Assembly (NCBI GenBank): GCA_038227875.1
Contig: JBBRPR010000014.1
Span: 64,001 to 128,000, forward strand
Direction: 5' to 3'
Source: Planctomycetota bacterium
GTDB lineage: Bacteria; Planctomycetota; SZUA-567; H5-PLA8
DNA: 64,000 nt
Shown here: piece by piece, positions 1 through 9,500 of the stretch
Layout of the letters: each line of letters begins with the position of its first letter
Position numbering within the stretch: the stretch's first letter is position 1
Program-made: the position numbers and the translations under genes
Notes under the pieces: model-generated
Database searches by the model: none
Told to the model about the DNA's origin: nothing
Seen by the model: the letters and a program-made list of their open reading frames with translations, nothing else

Positions 1-1748
1 GTTTGAATCTTTTCATAGGGGTAAGCGGCAATGGCGGCGCCTTCGTTGGTAAAGAAGTAGCTCCGATCCAGCAGCTTGAGAAGTTTCTTCAACGCTTCAT
101 CACTGGGATTCATCCGTGCGTAGTCGGCGGCAAAGTATCGAACGTTCTCATTCTTGTTGCCAATAAGCGGAAGCATGGCTGCTTTGGCCGAGGGCGAATC
201 GTAATGTTGGAGCATCTCGGCCGCCGCTTCACATTCAGCGTCATCGGTGCCGGAAAGCATGCCGATCAGCACTTTTTCAGCCCCTGGATCGCGCGTGGCG
301 CCGAGCAGTTGCAGCCACGCGGCGCGATATTCGCCCGCGGGCGGATTTTCGGCGATCAGGCGGGCGGCCAGACCCTCAGGCACGCCCGTGTAGTAAAGCG
401 TGTCGCGAAAATTCGCGAGGCTGAACACCGCCCATTTTCGGACCTCCGCATCCGGATCCTTCAGCGCTGACAACAGCAGCGCACAACCGCGCGGATCGGC
501 CACGGCGCCGAGCGAACAGACCGTCTCGCGGCGCATGTTCACGTCGGCGTCGCGCATTTTCGTTTCGAATTCATCCCACTGCGCGGCGGGGAGCGTCTTC
601 CAGACCAGCACCGCGTCGGCGCGAACTTCGAACGTTACTTTTGTTTCGCGGGCGAACGCCGCGAGGACTTCACGGACGGGAGTCTGTCGCGCGGAAAAAG
701 TCACGAAGGGATACCGCGCCGAAATCGGTGCGGCCCATTTCAACCCGGCGACCTGCTTGAGCTGATCGAGCGCTTGAACGAGCAAATCACGACGCCAGAC
801 CTTGTCGATTTTCGTGTCGAGAATCGCGTTGAGCCTGGCGTCGGCCTTGCCGAATGGGTCGGCAGCGCCGAGCGACGGCGATGTGGGCGCGTCGCCGCCG
901 GCAGTGACGGGAACGGGAGCTCCGCCGTGTGGAACTCTCCGGCGCATCAGGTTCGTGCGCCCCACCAGGAAACTCGCGAGGAACAGCGTGGCCAGGACGC
1001 CAATGACCAGTTTCGCGGCGGAACCCTTGGCGGTCACGGCTGAGACCGCCTTCGCCGCCTTCGCCGCCTTCGCCGCGTGGGCTGCCTGGGCGGATTTCAA
1101 GGTGGCCAGCAGTTTCGGTGGCGCGTTTTCGAGCGGCACCTGGCTCAGCAGTTCCGGCAGGCCGGCCACGGCAGCGGAAAATCCGGCCGCCGTCAGCGCG
1201 TCGCGGAGCTGCTCCAGACCGCGGCTGATCTGGCTGCGGATCGTTTTTTCGGGAATGTTCAGCACCGTGGAAATATCGGCGATCGAAAAGCCGTCCAGGT
1301 GATGCATCACGATCGGCGTGCGGTAAAGCGCCGGCAGCGCCTGCACGCCGCGGCACGCCGCCTGCACCAATTCCGCGCGCTCCGGATCGGCTGCCCCGGC
1401 TGGCGTTCGCGCGCCGGCAGATTCCTGTTCGCGAGCGCGGCGGCTGGTGTCGCTGCGCAGTTTCATCCGCGCGGCATTGGCAACAATGGTCATGATCCAC
1501 CCCCTCAGATTGTTTTGATCCGGGCGGAGGTTGTGATCCTGGCGTGCGAGAATCTGGACGAACGCGCTCTGGACGATCTCTTCGGCATCGGCCGAATTTC
1601 CAGAGATCGAGAGCGCCAGCCGATAGGCGGGGTGGACGTGGCGGGCGAAGAGCGCATCCATGGCCGCGCGGTCGCCGGTTGCGCCGAAGCGCCGGAAGAG
1701 CACCTCATCCGATTCGCCCGACGCGGTGGATTCCGGCGCGTGATTCAT
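1..1748 (-). CDS. ECF sigma-70 factor with C-terminal extension (TM helix, then HEAT-like repeats); 3' end runs off the window
   Basis: Not in the ORF track (no stop in window). Manual translation from ATG 1748: MNHAPES..DEVLFRRF..DAEEIVQSAF..LRGWIMTIVANAARM (region 2), LPALYRTPIVMHHLDGFSIADISTVLNIPEKTIRSQISRG (region 4), hydrophobic LVIGVLATLFLASFLVG, then LKDPDAEVRKWAVFSL / NKNENVRYFAA HEAT-like units. Confidence 0.85.
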   Translation of the reverse strand, partial: MNHAPESTASGESDEVLFRRFGATGDRAAMDALFARHVHPAYRLALSISGNSADAEEIVQSAFVQILARQDHNLRPDQNNLRGWIMTIVANAARMKLRSDTSRRAREQESAGARTPAGAADPERAELVQAACRGVQALPALYRTPIVMHHLDGFSIADISTVLNIPEKTIRSQISRGLEQLRDALTAAGFSAAVAGLPELLSQVPLENAPPKLLATLKSAQAAHAAKAAKAAKAVSAVTAKGSAAKLVIGVLATLFLASFLVGRTNLMRRRVPHGGAPVPVTAGGDAPTSPSLGAADPFGKADARLNAILDTKIDKVWRRDLLVQALDQLKQVAGLKWAAPISARYPFVTFSARQTPVREVLAAFARETKVTFEVRADAVLVWKTLPAAQWDEFETKMRDADVNMRRETVCSLGAVADPRGCALLLSALKDPDAEVRKWAVFSLANFRDTLYYTGVPEGLAARLIAENPPAGEYRAAWLQLLGATRDPGAEKVLIGMLSGTDDAECEAAAEMLQHYDSPSAKAAMLPLIGNKNENVRYFAADYARMNPSDEALKKLLKLLDRSYFFTNEGAAIAAYPYEKIQ

Positions 1749-1916
1749 AACGCTCACCCATAACCCCATACTCGGCATTGATCAAGCCTCCACTTTCGAA
1801 GAGAACAATGCAGTGGAGGGTCCGCTTGCCGCACGAATTTCGAAAATTCTTTTAAAGACATAAACCCGGACCGCCCAGCGTCTGCGTCGCGCCAGGGCGG
1901 TCCGGGAACCAGCACT

Positions 1917-2984
1917 TCACGCGAGTAGACGCGTGAAGTAGACGCCGCGGTCGAGCAACTGCTGGAGGTACTCGGCGTTGGCGATCGTGACGGCTTCGTC
2001 GCGCCAGTTGAGCTCGGAAAGTTCCACCACGAATCCGCGCTCGTGCATCCGTATTTGGGCGTTGAGGCATTGGAAGCGATCGAGCAGCCGGCGGTGTTCC
2101 TCCGGCTCGTCCTCGACGCTCCATTTCCGCCTGGGCGCCGGTGCGGGGACCGGTTTCCGCAGCGCCTTCGCCAACTCGCTTTTGCTCAGCGCGAGGAGGC
2201 GGAGTTGCTCCGGGTGGGGGAGGGCTGCGATCTTGGCGGCGGGGACCACCGTGATCACGCCTTGATCCACGCGGGAGATCAACTCCGGAACGCCTTTCTG
2301 CAGGACAATGCAAGCACGCGAAACACTCCTGCCGGAAATGTTGAGACATTTGCCTGCATGCTCGCGAGCTTGTCGACCTTCAGGGGAGGACTCAGGACTC
2401 AAGTCCTGAGTCCCCTCAACCTTTCTTAGGTGCTCTTTCTTCTGCACTTCCGCCTCAAAATGCGGCAACATGCGCGCGGCCACCATCGCGCGCTGATTTT
2501 CCTTGAGGTGCCGTCGCCGCAGGTTGACCGAGATGACGAACTCGAGCAGCGAGCCTTGGCCGTCCCATTCGCGCGTTTTGGGTGTGAGGCCCAGTTCCTT
2601 GCACGCGCGGAGGCGGTGGCGTCCGTCGATGACTTTGCCGTTCCACGTCCAGATGGCCTCGAGCTGGCCCCGTTCGCGGATGTCGGCGACGAGCGCCGCA
2701 TAATCGGCCTCGCGCATCAACGGAAAGATCGCCGCCGTCTCGTGCACTCCTTCGACAGGCTCAGGACGGGCCCCTTCGACAGGCTCAGGGCAAGCCCCGT
2801 CGATAGGCTCAGGGCTGATTCCCCTTACTGGCGGCGGGCTGGCCCAGGGATCCGGCTCCGGGCCAACGGACTGTTGCGCCTGCGGGGCAGGCATGGCTAG
2901 AGGCTCAGTGCGAGCCCCTTCGGCCAGCACAGGGCTGGCCCCTTCAATAAGCTCATGGCGAGCTTCGTGGTGAGGGCGGTCCAT
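1917..2984 (-). CDS. ParB/Spo0J-like N-terminal domain protein (orphan)
   Basis: LVADIRERGQLEAI..VIDGRHRLRAC and FVISVNLRRRHL..QRAMVAA motifs; AGGAGG RBS upstream of ATG. Confidence 0.8.
   Translation of the reverse strand: MDRPHHEARHELIEGASPVLAEGARTEPLAMPAPQAQQSVGPEPDPWASPPPVRGISPEPIDGACPEPVEGARPEPVEGVHETAAIFPLMREADYAALVADIRERGQLEAIWTWNGKVIDGRHRLRACKELGLTPKTREWDGQGSLLEFVISVNLRRRHLKENQRAMVAARMLPHFEAEVQKKEHLRKVEGTQDLSPESSPEGRQAREHAGKCLNISGRSVSRACIVLQKGVPELISRVDQGVITVVPAAKIAALPHPEQLRLLALSKSELAKALRKPVPAPAPRRKWSVEDEPEEHRRLLDRFQCLNAQIRMHERGFVVELSELNWRDEAVTIANAEYLQQLLDRGVYFTRLLA
2749..2964. repeat. 24-bp-period degenerate tandem array (9 units, best core CCTTCGACAGGCTCAGG) inside the ParB-like gene
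   Basis: Units in register at 2749, 2773, 2797, 2821, 2845, 2869, 2893, 2917, 2941; encodes 8-aa units such as ACPEPVEG, ARPEPVEG, ISPEPIDG, ASPVLAEG. Confidence 0.8.
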
Positions 2985-3037
2985 GGCGGACTACCTCCTG
3001 ACAAGAGTGGTCTTCATCTGAAGAACCGAGTTACTAG

Positions 3038-3067
3038 AGTATACGCCTAAGATAATACTAAATTCAA
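3038..3067 (-). promoter_or_regulatory. Candidate sigma70 promoter for the ParB-like gene
   Basis: Minus strand TTGAAT-N18-TATACT in an AT-rich intergenic region about 55 bp upstream of ATG 2984. Confidence 0.45.
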
Positions 3068-3320
3068 TAAAAAACCGAGAAAATATGTTTCAATTTTGCC
3101 GGCGCGTTCATAAATTAAACTTCTTACCGGGTTTACGATCTAAAATTTTTATGCATCGAGACCCCACGATTGCGCTCTTTCCAGCTACCTCTTTCCGCCT
3201 TGATTATCGCGTCCCGCCGGTGATACACCCGTATGCTCCATTCTTTGAGTTTCGGTAAAATAGGTGTATTGGATTGTACGTTTACGTTGTATTCGCCGTT
3301 CCAAGTTTGAGGTCGTCCCC

Positions 3321-4853
3321 ATGAATCGGTGTGCGCGGATACTGCTGGCGGGTTTGCTGTTTGGGCTGGGCTGCAGCGCCCCGGCCAGCGAGCCGGTGTT
3401 GCTGGGAGCGTCCACGTTCGCGCCGTCGGCCGACCACCCCGTCGGCTGGCGCGGCGATTGGACGGGGAAATATCCGGGCGCCACGCCGCCTCTGGAATGG
3501 TCAATCGGCAAGGATTTGAAGGGAAAAAATATCGCCTGGGCCACGCAACTTCCGGTGTACTGCGGCGGCAGCGGCGCTTCGGCGCCGATCGTGGTGGGTG
3601 AGCGGATTTATTTCTGCTTCGCGTCGAAGGACGCCGGACTGGGGCCGGTCAGTCTCTGCTGCATCAACAGCACGGATGGGAAGATTCTGTGGATCCGGGG
3701 ACTCACGTGTTACGACGTCGCGCCGGACGAGGACCGCAAGAAAGTCGCCGCTGCCGTCGATCCGCTGCGCGCGACGCTGGAGAAAAACACGCTCGCGCTG
3801 GTCGATGCGCTCAACAAGCGCACCGCCAACGCCGGTGACTGGCACAAGAATGCCGTCGGTCAGTACATCGACGCGGGGTGGGGGATCAACGCGCAGTTCG
3901 CCACCGTCGATCGCTCCCGCTACAAGATGGGCGATCGCAACGACTGGGGCTATGCCTCCGCGGCGCCGTGCAGCGACGGAAAATTCATCTATGTCTGGTT
4001 CTCCAACCGCATCGGCGCGTGTTTCGATCTCGATGGAAAATTGATCTGGGCGACGATGGAACCGACCGCCGTGCGCGGCGCCGGCGAACACGGCAGCCAC
4101 GCCTCACCGGTGCTGCTGCCCGACCGCTTCGTGGTGATGTACGGGACGCTGGTCCAGGCGCTGGACAAGAAGACCGGCAAGGTGCTGTGGACGTCGGAAG
4201 CCGAAGGTTCGTGGGGCCTGCCGCAGAGTTCGCTGACGGCCACGAAACTTTCCGACTGCTACCTGATTCTCGTGGCGCAGGGCCAGGGACTCCGCGCCGA
4301 CACCGGCGTTTCCTTGTGGGGAAAATTTGGCGGCTATGCCGGCGAAAACACCACACCCGTGGTCGAAAACGGCACGCTCGCCACGTACGAACGCAGTGGC
4401 ATCAGCACGTTCAAGCTGCCCACGGCCATCGCGGGCGGAACGATCACGCCGACGGCCGCGTACAAATTCGCCACGCAGTTCGTCGACTACCAGATCGCTT
4501 CACCGCTGGTTTACGACGGACTGGTTTACTGCGTCAACGAAACCGGCAAGCTCCGCGTCTTCGATCCGGCGGAGAAAGGCACGCTGCTCTACGAACAGCA
4601 ACTGGAGCTGAAAGGCGAGCACGGTTGGGTCGGCGCGCCGGGCGTGAGCGCCAGTCCGGCCATCGCGGGGAAAAATCTGTATGTGATGGACAACCAGGGC
4701 ACGGTGGTGGTGCTGGAACCCGGCCGCACGTACAAGCCGCTGGCGCACAACGTCAGCGAAGCCGGCGACCAGATGGTCGTCTCGCCGGTCTTCAGCGGCA
4801 AGCGCGTGATCATGCGCGGGCAGCAGAACATTTACTGTGTCACCGCGCCTTAG
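3321..4853 (+). CDS. PQQ-binding-like beta-propeller repeat lipoprotein
   Basis: Signal/lipobox MNRCARILLAGLLFGLGC; WRGD..G.YP, SAPIVVGERIY, ASPV, ALDKKTGKVLW, ASPAIAG repeats. Start moved from 3264 to ATG 3321. Confidence 0.8.
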   Translation: MNRCARILLAGLLFGLGCSAPASEPVLLGASTFAPSADHPVGWRGDWTGKYPGATPPLEWSIGKDLKGKNIAWATQLPVYCGGSGASAPIVVGERIYFCFASKDAGLGPVSLCCINSTDGKILWIRGLTCYDVAPDEDRKKVAAAVDPLRATLEKNTLALVDALNKRTANAGDWHKNAVGQYIDAGWGINAQFATVDRSRYKMGDRNDWGYASAAPCSDGKFIYVWFSNRIGACFDLDGKLIWATMEPTAVRGAGEHGSHASPVLLPDRFVVMYGTLVQALDKKTGKVLWTSEAEGSWGLPQSSLTATKLSDCYLILVAQGQGLRADTGVSLWGKFGGYAGENTTPVVENGTLATYERSGISTFKLPTAIAGGTITPTAAYKFATQFVDYQIASPLVYDGLVYCVNETGKLRVFDPAEKGTLLYEQQLELKGEHGWVGAPGVSASPAIAGKNLYVMDNQGTVVVLEPGRTYKPLAHNVSEAGDQMVVSPVFSGKRVIMRGQQNIYCVTAP

Positions 4854-4931
4854 CCTTTTTGAAAGCGTTCGCCTCTTGATCTTTCGCTTTTCACGCCGTA
4901 GCGTCAGCGGAAGACCTCAAGGAAGAATCCC

Positions 4932-5603
4932 ATGGCGATGATCGCTTTCACGCGCAACTACCACGACCATTCCAACAACACCGGCTACCAGTTCGAATTC
5001 TTCTGCGACAAATGCGGCAACGGGCACCGTTCGCATTTCAAAGCCAGCAAGCTCGGCATGGCCGGCGAATTCATGCGCGCTGCGGGTAGTTTGTTCGGCG
5101 GCGCGTTCGGCAGCGCAGCCAGCGCCAGCGATCACATCAAGGACGCGCTACGCGGCCCGGCGTGGGACGACGCGTACAACCAGTGCGTCGAGGAAGCCAA
5201 GAGCCACTTCAAGCAGTGTACTCATTGTGGCAAGTGGGTCTGCCCGGAAGTGTGCTGGAACGCCGACCGCGGACAGTGCAAAGACTGCTCCCCGGACCTG
5301 ATCGAGGAAGCGACGTCGGCCCAGGCTCACGCCGCCAAGGAACAAGTCCAGGAAAAAGCGCGCGCCAGCGATCAGACCGATGGGTTGGACCTGACCAAGC
5401 ACATCTCGGTTCCCGCGCCGGCACCCGCTGCGCCTGCGCCGCACCTCTTGACCTGCCCGAGCTGCCACGCGGCGGGGCAGAGCGGAAAATTCTGCGCCGA
5501 ATGCGGCAAGCCGCTGGTTCCGCCGAAAACCGAATGCGGCACGTGCCACGCCAAGCTGGAAGCCAACGCGAAATTCTGCGGGGAGTGCGGCGCGAAAGTG
5601 TAG
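4932..5603 (+). CDS. Double zinc ribbon (DZR) domain protein
   Basis: Many CxxC pairs: CDKC, CTHC, CKDC, CPSC, KFCAECG, CGTC, KFCGECG. Confidence 0.85.
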   Translation: MAMIAFTRNYHDHSNNTGYQFEFFCDKCGNGHRSHFKASKLGMAGEFMRAAGSLFGGAFGSAASASDHIKDALRGPAWDDAYNQCVEEAKSHFKQCTHCGKWVCPEVCWNADRGQCKDCSPDLIEEATSAQAHAAKEQVQEKARASDQTDGLDLTKHISVPAPAPAAPAPHLLTCPSCHAAGQSGKFCAECGKPLVPPKTECGTCHAKLEANAKFCGECGAKV

Positions 5604-5648
5604 TTCGCGTTGTTTGAGCAGTGGGGATATGGAGCCGCGGGATGATGG

Positions 5649-6266
5649 ATGTTTTTTGACTGCGTCAAATTATGGACGCGGCTGGGCGCGCAGTCGGACG
5701 CCGCGCCGGTGTTCCAGGACCTGCACACCCGCTACGCCGAGCGGCATCGGTACTATCACAATCTCAAGCATATCGGCGCCGTGCTGGTGGAATTCGCCTC
5801 GGCGCGGGAATTCTGCGCGCATCCCGATGACGTGGAAGTGGCGGCCTGGTTTCACGACGCGATTTACGATCCGAAAGCGAAGGACAACGAAGAACAGAGC
5901 GCCAAGCTCTGCGCGCACGCGCTGCTTAACGGCCGCGTCCATTCGGAGATCATCACCCGCGTCCACGCACTGATCCTGGCGACGAAGCACACGGCGGTGC
6001 CGGCGAATTCCGACGCCGCGGTGCTGGTCGATGCCGATCTGTCGATCCTGGGACAGCCGAAGGCCGATTTCGACGCGTACGAAGTTGCGATCCGGCAGGA
6101 GTATGCGTGGGTCGACGAGGCCGCGTTCCGCGAAGGCCGCGCCGCCATCCTGCAATCGTTCCTGGACCGCCCGAAGATTTTCACCACCGATTTTTTCGCG
6201 GGACGCTATGAGGCGGAGGCGCGGAAGAATTTGAGGCGCTCGCTCAGGGTGTTGAGGGCGAAGTGA
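5649..6266 (+). CDS. HD-superfamily metal-dependent phosphohydrolase
   Basis: HRYYHNLKHI, AAWFHDAIYDP, NEEQSA, LILATKH, LVDADLSILG motifs. Confidence 0.85.
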   Translation: MFFDCVKLWTRLGAQSDAAPVFQDLHTRYAERHRYYHNLKHIGAVLVEFASAREFCAHPDDVEVAAWFHDAIYDPKAKDNEEQSAKLCAHALLNGRVHSEIITRVHALILATKHTAVPANSDAAVLVDADLSILGQPKADFDAYEVAIRQEYAWVDEAAFREGRAAILQSFLDRPKIFTTDFFAGRYEAEARKNLRRSLRVLRAK

Positions 6267-6529
6267 GCGGATTGCGTGCGGACGTTGTAACCGAATGGCG
6301 ACGTGGTGTTGCGCTCGGCTCGGCGCTACGCTCTGCGCTCCGCTCGGCGTGCTGTGCTAGGTACTCTTCACTTCAAAATTGATAATTCAAAATTGCTCAC
6401 CGTTGCAGCCGGAGTCTTCGCGGCGGGTGCTCGTGCGGGTGCGCCAATTCTGCAATGCATTTTCCCCTGCGTGGGAACGCGGGGTGACTTAGGCCGCATT
6501 GTTCACCTATGACCTTTATTCCCCACGGA

Positions 6530-6544
6530 TGGCATGGAGGGTGC
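6530..6544 (+). promoter_or_regulatory. Candidate sigma54 (-24/-12) promoter of the surface protein gene
   Basis: TGGCATGGAGGGTGC: GG-N10-GC about 50 bp upstream of ATG 6597. Confidence 0.35.
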
Positions 6545-6596
6545 CCGAAGGTCGAGCGCATTGCGATTTTGTGCGCTCTAAGTGGAGGAGCATGCC

Positions 6597-9500
6597 ATGC
6601 TTCACCTTCCATCTCGGGTCCATCCCGTCACGCTCACGGCTCTCTTTTCATTCTGCTTCTTCGCGGCGATTCCGGCGTGGGGCGCCAGCGCGCCGCCGTT
6701 TCGGGTGCCGCAACTTCCGACCAACGGACAGCAACCGGGGCCGATCGCAACTCTGGGAAACGGATACATCGCCATTCCGTACCAGGACCTGAGTAACCCC
6801 GCTCTGTTCAATCAAGTGGGTGTCAGTGTGTTTGATACCAATGGCGTGCGGGTCGGCGCGGAGATCATCGATCCCACGGCGCTCAATTATTCACCGGCGG
6901 CGGTGGCCGGCAGCGCCAGTAATACCTTCTGGGTGGTGTCCGATGTCTTCGACTTAAACAATCCTCCCGGTATGGGCAACTTCACCCGGATCATCGCCAC
7001 GCTTTACACGGTCAGCGGCAACACCGTTACGCGCGGCGTGGTCAAGACGATTGTCGACGACAGTTTCGACGGCTCCGACGACGAATCGGTCTCCGTCGCG
7101 CGACTGGCGAATGGAAATTACGTCGTCGCGTGGGGACATACCTCGGCGGATTTCGGCAGCGGTTCCACCCAAACGCGGACTTTCGACAGCAACTTTGCGC
7201 CGCTGAGTCCCCGCACCACGATCAGCTCGGGAGCGACCAGCACGCCGTTTACCTTCGAAGTCTCCGTCACGTCCAACGGGACGAACGTCGACGTGACGTA
7301 TAAGCCCAATTCCAACACCGGAATTTATGGTGTGGCGTTCACGGTGAACTCCGGCGGCGCGATTTCAGGCATCTCCGCGCCGGTCAACGTCTCAGCGGCG
7401 CTGGGCGGCAATCAGTCCTGGGGGCATCAGGAGCTGCCCGACGGAACAATTGTGGTTTTGTACAATACGCCGCAGGTGGGCGCGACCGGTGGCGATATGT
7501 ACGGCGCCATCTTCGGCGCGGGGTTCTCCGGGACGCCGTCGACGTTCCTGATCGCCACGGGCACGCCGGTGCCGCCCAACGGCGTGTATCAACCCGTGAG
7601 CGCGCAGGCGACGCTTTTTCCCAATGGCGGATTCATCGTGACGTACGCGCGGCCGACCGGCGGGCACCAGGCGGAGATTTACGCGCGGTTCTACGATTCG
7701 AATCACGCGCCACTGACCAACGAGTTCCTGGTCACCGTTCCGCAGGGCACGCCGGCCAACGGTGTTGAGAATCTGCGGCCGTATGTGACATCCGGAGTCG
7801 CGGGAGGCGGCGGGCTGGCGATTGCGTGGATGACGATGGACTTCACCGCCAGTTCCAACCCGAACACGGATGTGTACGCGCGGGTCTATGCCGACATCGG
7901 CCCGACCTCCAGCGGCGGAACGTCGTCGCTGGCAGCAGCGCTGGAAGATTCCAATCCGACTGGAGCCTCCGTCTCCTCGCTGATCACGGGGAATCAATAC
8001 AAATCGATGCTGAATCATCCGTTCGCCGGCGTGGCGGTGGTGGGCAATGCGGCGACGGCGCCGCAGGGTCAGTGGCAATATTCTTCGAATGCCGGAGCGT
8101 CCTGGAGCAGTGTGGCGACGACCGTCTCCGCAACCAACGCCACGATCATCGGCGCGGGCGATTTGATCCGCTTCCAACCCAGCAGCAATTGGAACGGAAC
8201 GCCGGGCGCTCTGACTGTGCGCGTCTGGGACGGGCAGGATGGCTTCGTCGCCGACTCCACGGCGCAGAACATTTCTCAATACATTTTTGATACGAGCGGA
8301 ATCACGCAGACGACAGCGTCGTTCACCGGAGCTTTTGCCGGAACGACTGTTTTCTTCGCTACCAGCATCACGGCGGTGAACGACGCGCCAATGACGACGG
8401 GAAGTGCGGTGACATTGACCGCGATCAACGAAGACACGCTGAATCCTGCCGGACAAGCGGTCTCGTCGGCGGTTGCGGCGCTGTTCTCTGATGCGACAGA
8501 CGCGGTCGCGGGCGGGTCGTCGGCCAATACGCTGGCCGGCATCGCGATTTCCGGAAATGCGGAAGCGGGGGAAGGCACGTGGCAGTGGTTCAACGGTTCT
8601 TCGTTCGTCAACGTGGGAACGTCGGTCTCCAACAGTTCGGCGCTGATCCTGGCTGCGGGAACCACCGTGCGCTTCGTTCCGGCGCTGAATTTCAATGGCG
8701 CGGCACCACAGCTCACGGCGCGTCTGATCGACAATTCCAGCGGTGCGGTGACGGCGGGAAGCACGGTAAACTTCGTCGCGACGGGAACTGGCGGGACCAC
8801 GCCATACAGCGCGGCGACGTTTGGAATCGGCGAGGTGATCAATCCCGTCAACGATCCGCCCGTGCTGGTCAACACCGCCACGCCTGTGGCTGCCACCGAG
8901 CAGACTGCGGCGCTGCTCAGCAGCACCATCACGGTCAGCGACGTGGAACTGGATGCGTTGAACGGCGGGGCGGGGGACTATGCCGGTGCCACACTGACTG
9001 TCGCGCGGCTGGTGGGGCAGATGCCGGAGGACGTGTTCGGCTTCGATCCGGCCGGCGCGGGGTTCACGATCTCAAGTGGGAACCTGCAAAGTGGCGGGCT
9101 GTCTTTTGGATCGTTCACCAGCGGGTCGGGTGTGTTGAACATCACATTCACCAGTTCTGGAACCGCTGCGACCCAGGCCTTGGTGCGCAGCGTTTTGCAG
9201 CACATCACGTATACCAACACCAGCGACGATCCGCCGGCGACCGTCTCGTTTACCTATGTTTTTCACGACGGCAATACCGGCAGCCAGGGTTCTGGCGGTA
9301 CGCTGGTCGGACAGGCTGTGGCCGTGGTGAATATCGCGGGGGTCAACGACGCGCCGTGGGTGACCGTACCCCTTGGCATTCAGACGGCGCTTAAAGAGGC
9401 CGACGCGCCGATCGTTGGAATTGTCTGCTACGATTTGGATGCGGGTGCCGGCTCGATCACCGCGACGTTGTTTGTCTCCCACGGCACGCTGAATGTCGTG

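Noticed and set aside
1046..1076. 9-bp repeat CCGCCTTCG x3.4
   Set aside because: Encodes a simple AAK linker in the ECF protein
2749..2964. Possible degenerate CRISPR array
   Set aside because: A 24-bp period leaves no room for spacers; it lies in a coding frame
6310..6362. GC-rich 5-bp-periodic stretch
   Set aside because: Short and degenerate; no supportable function
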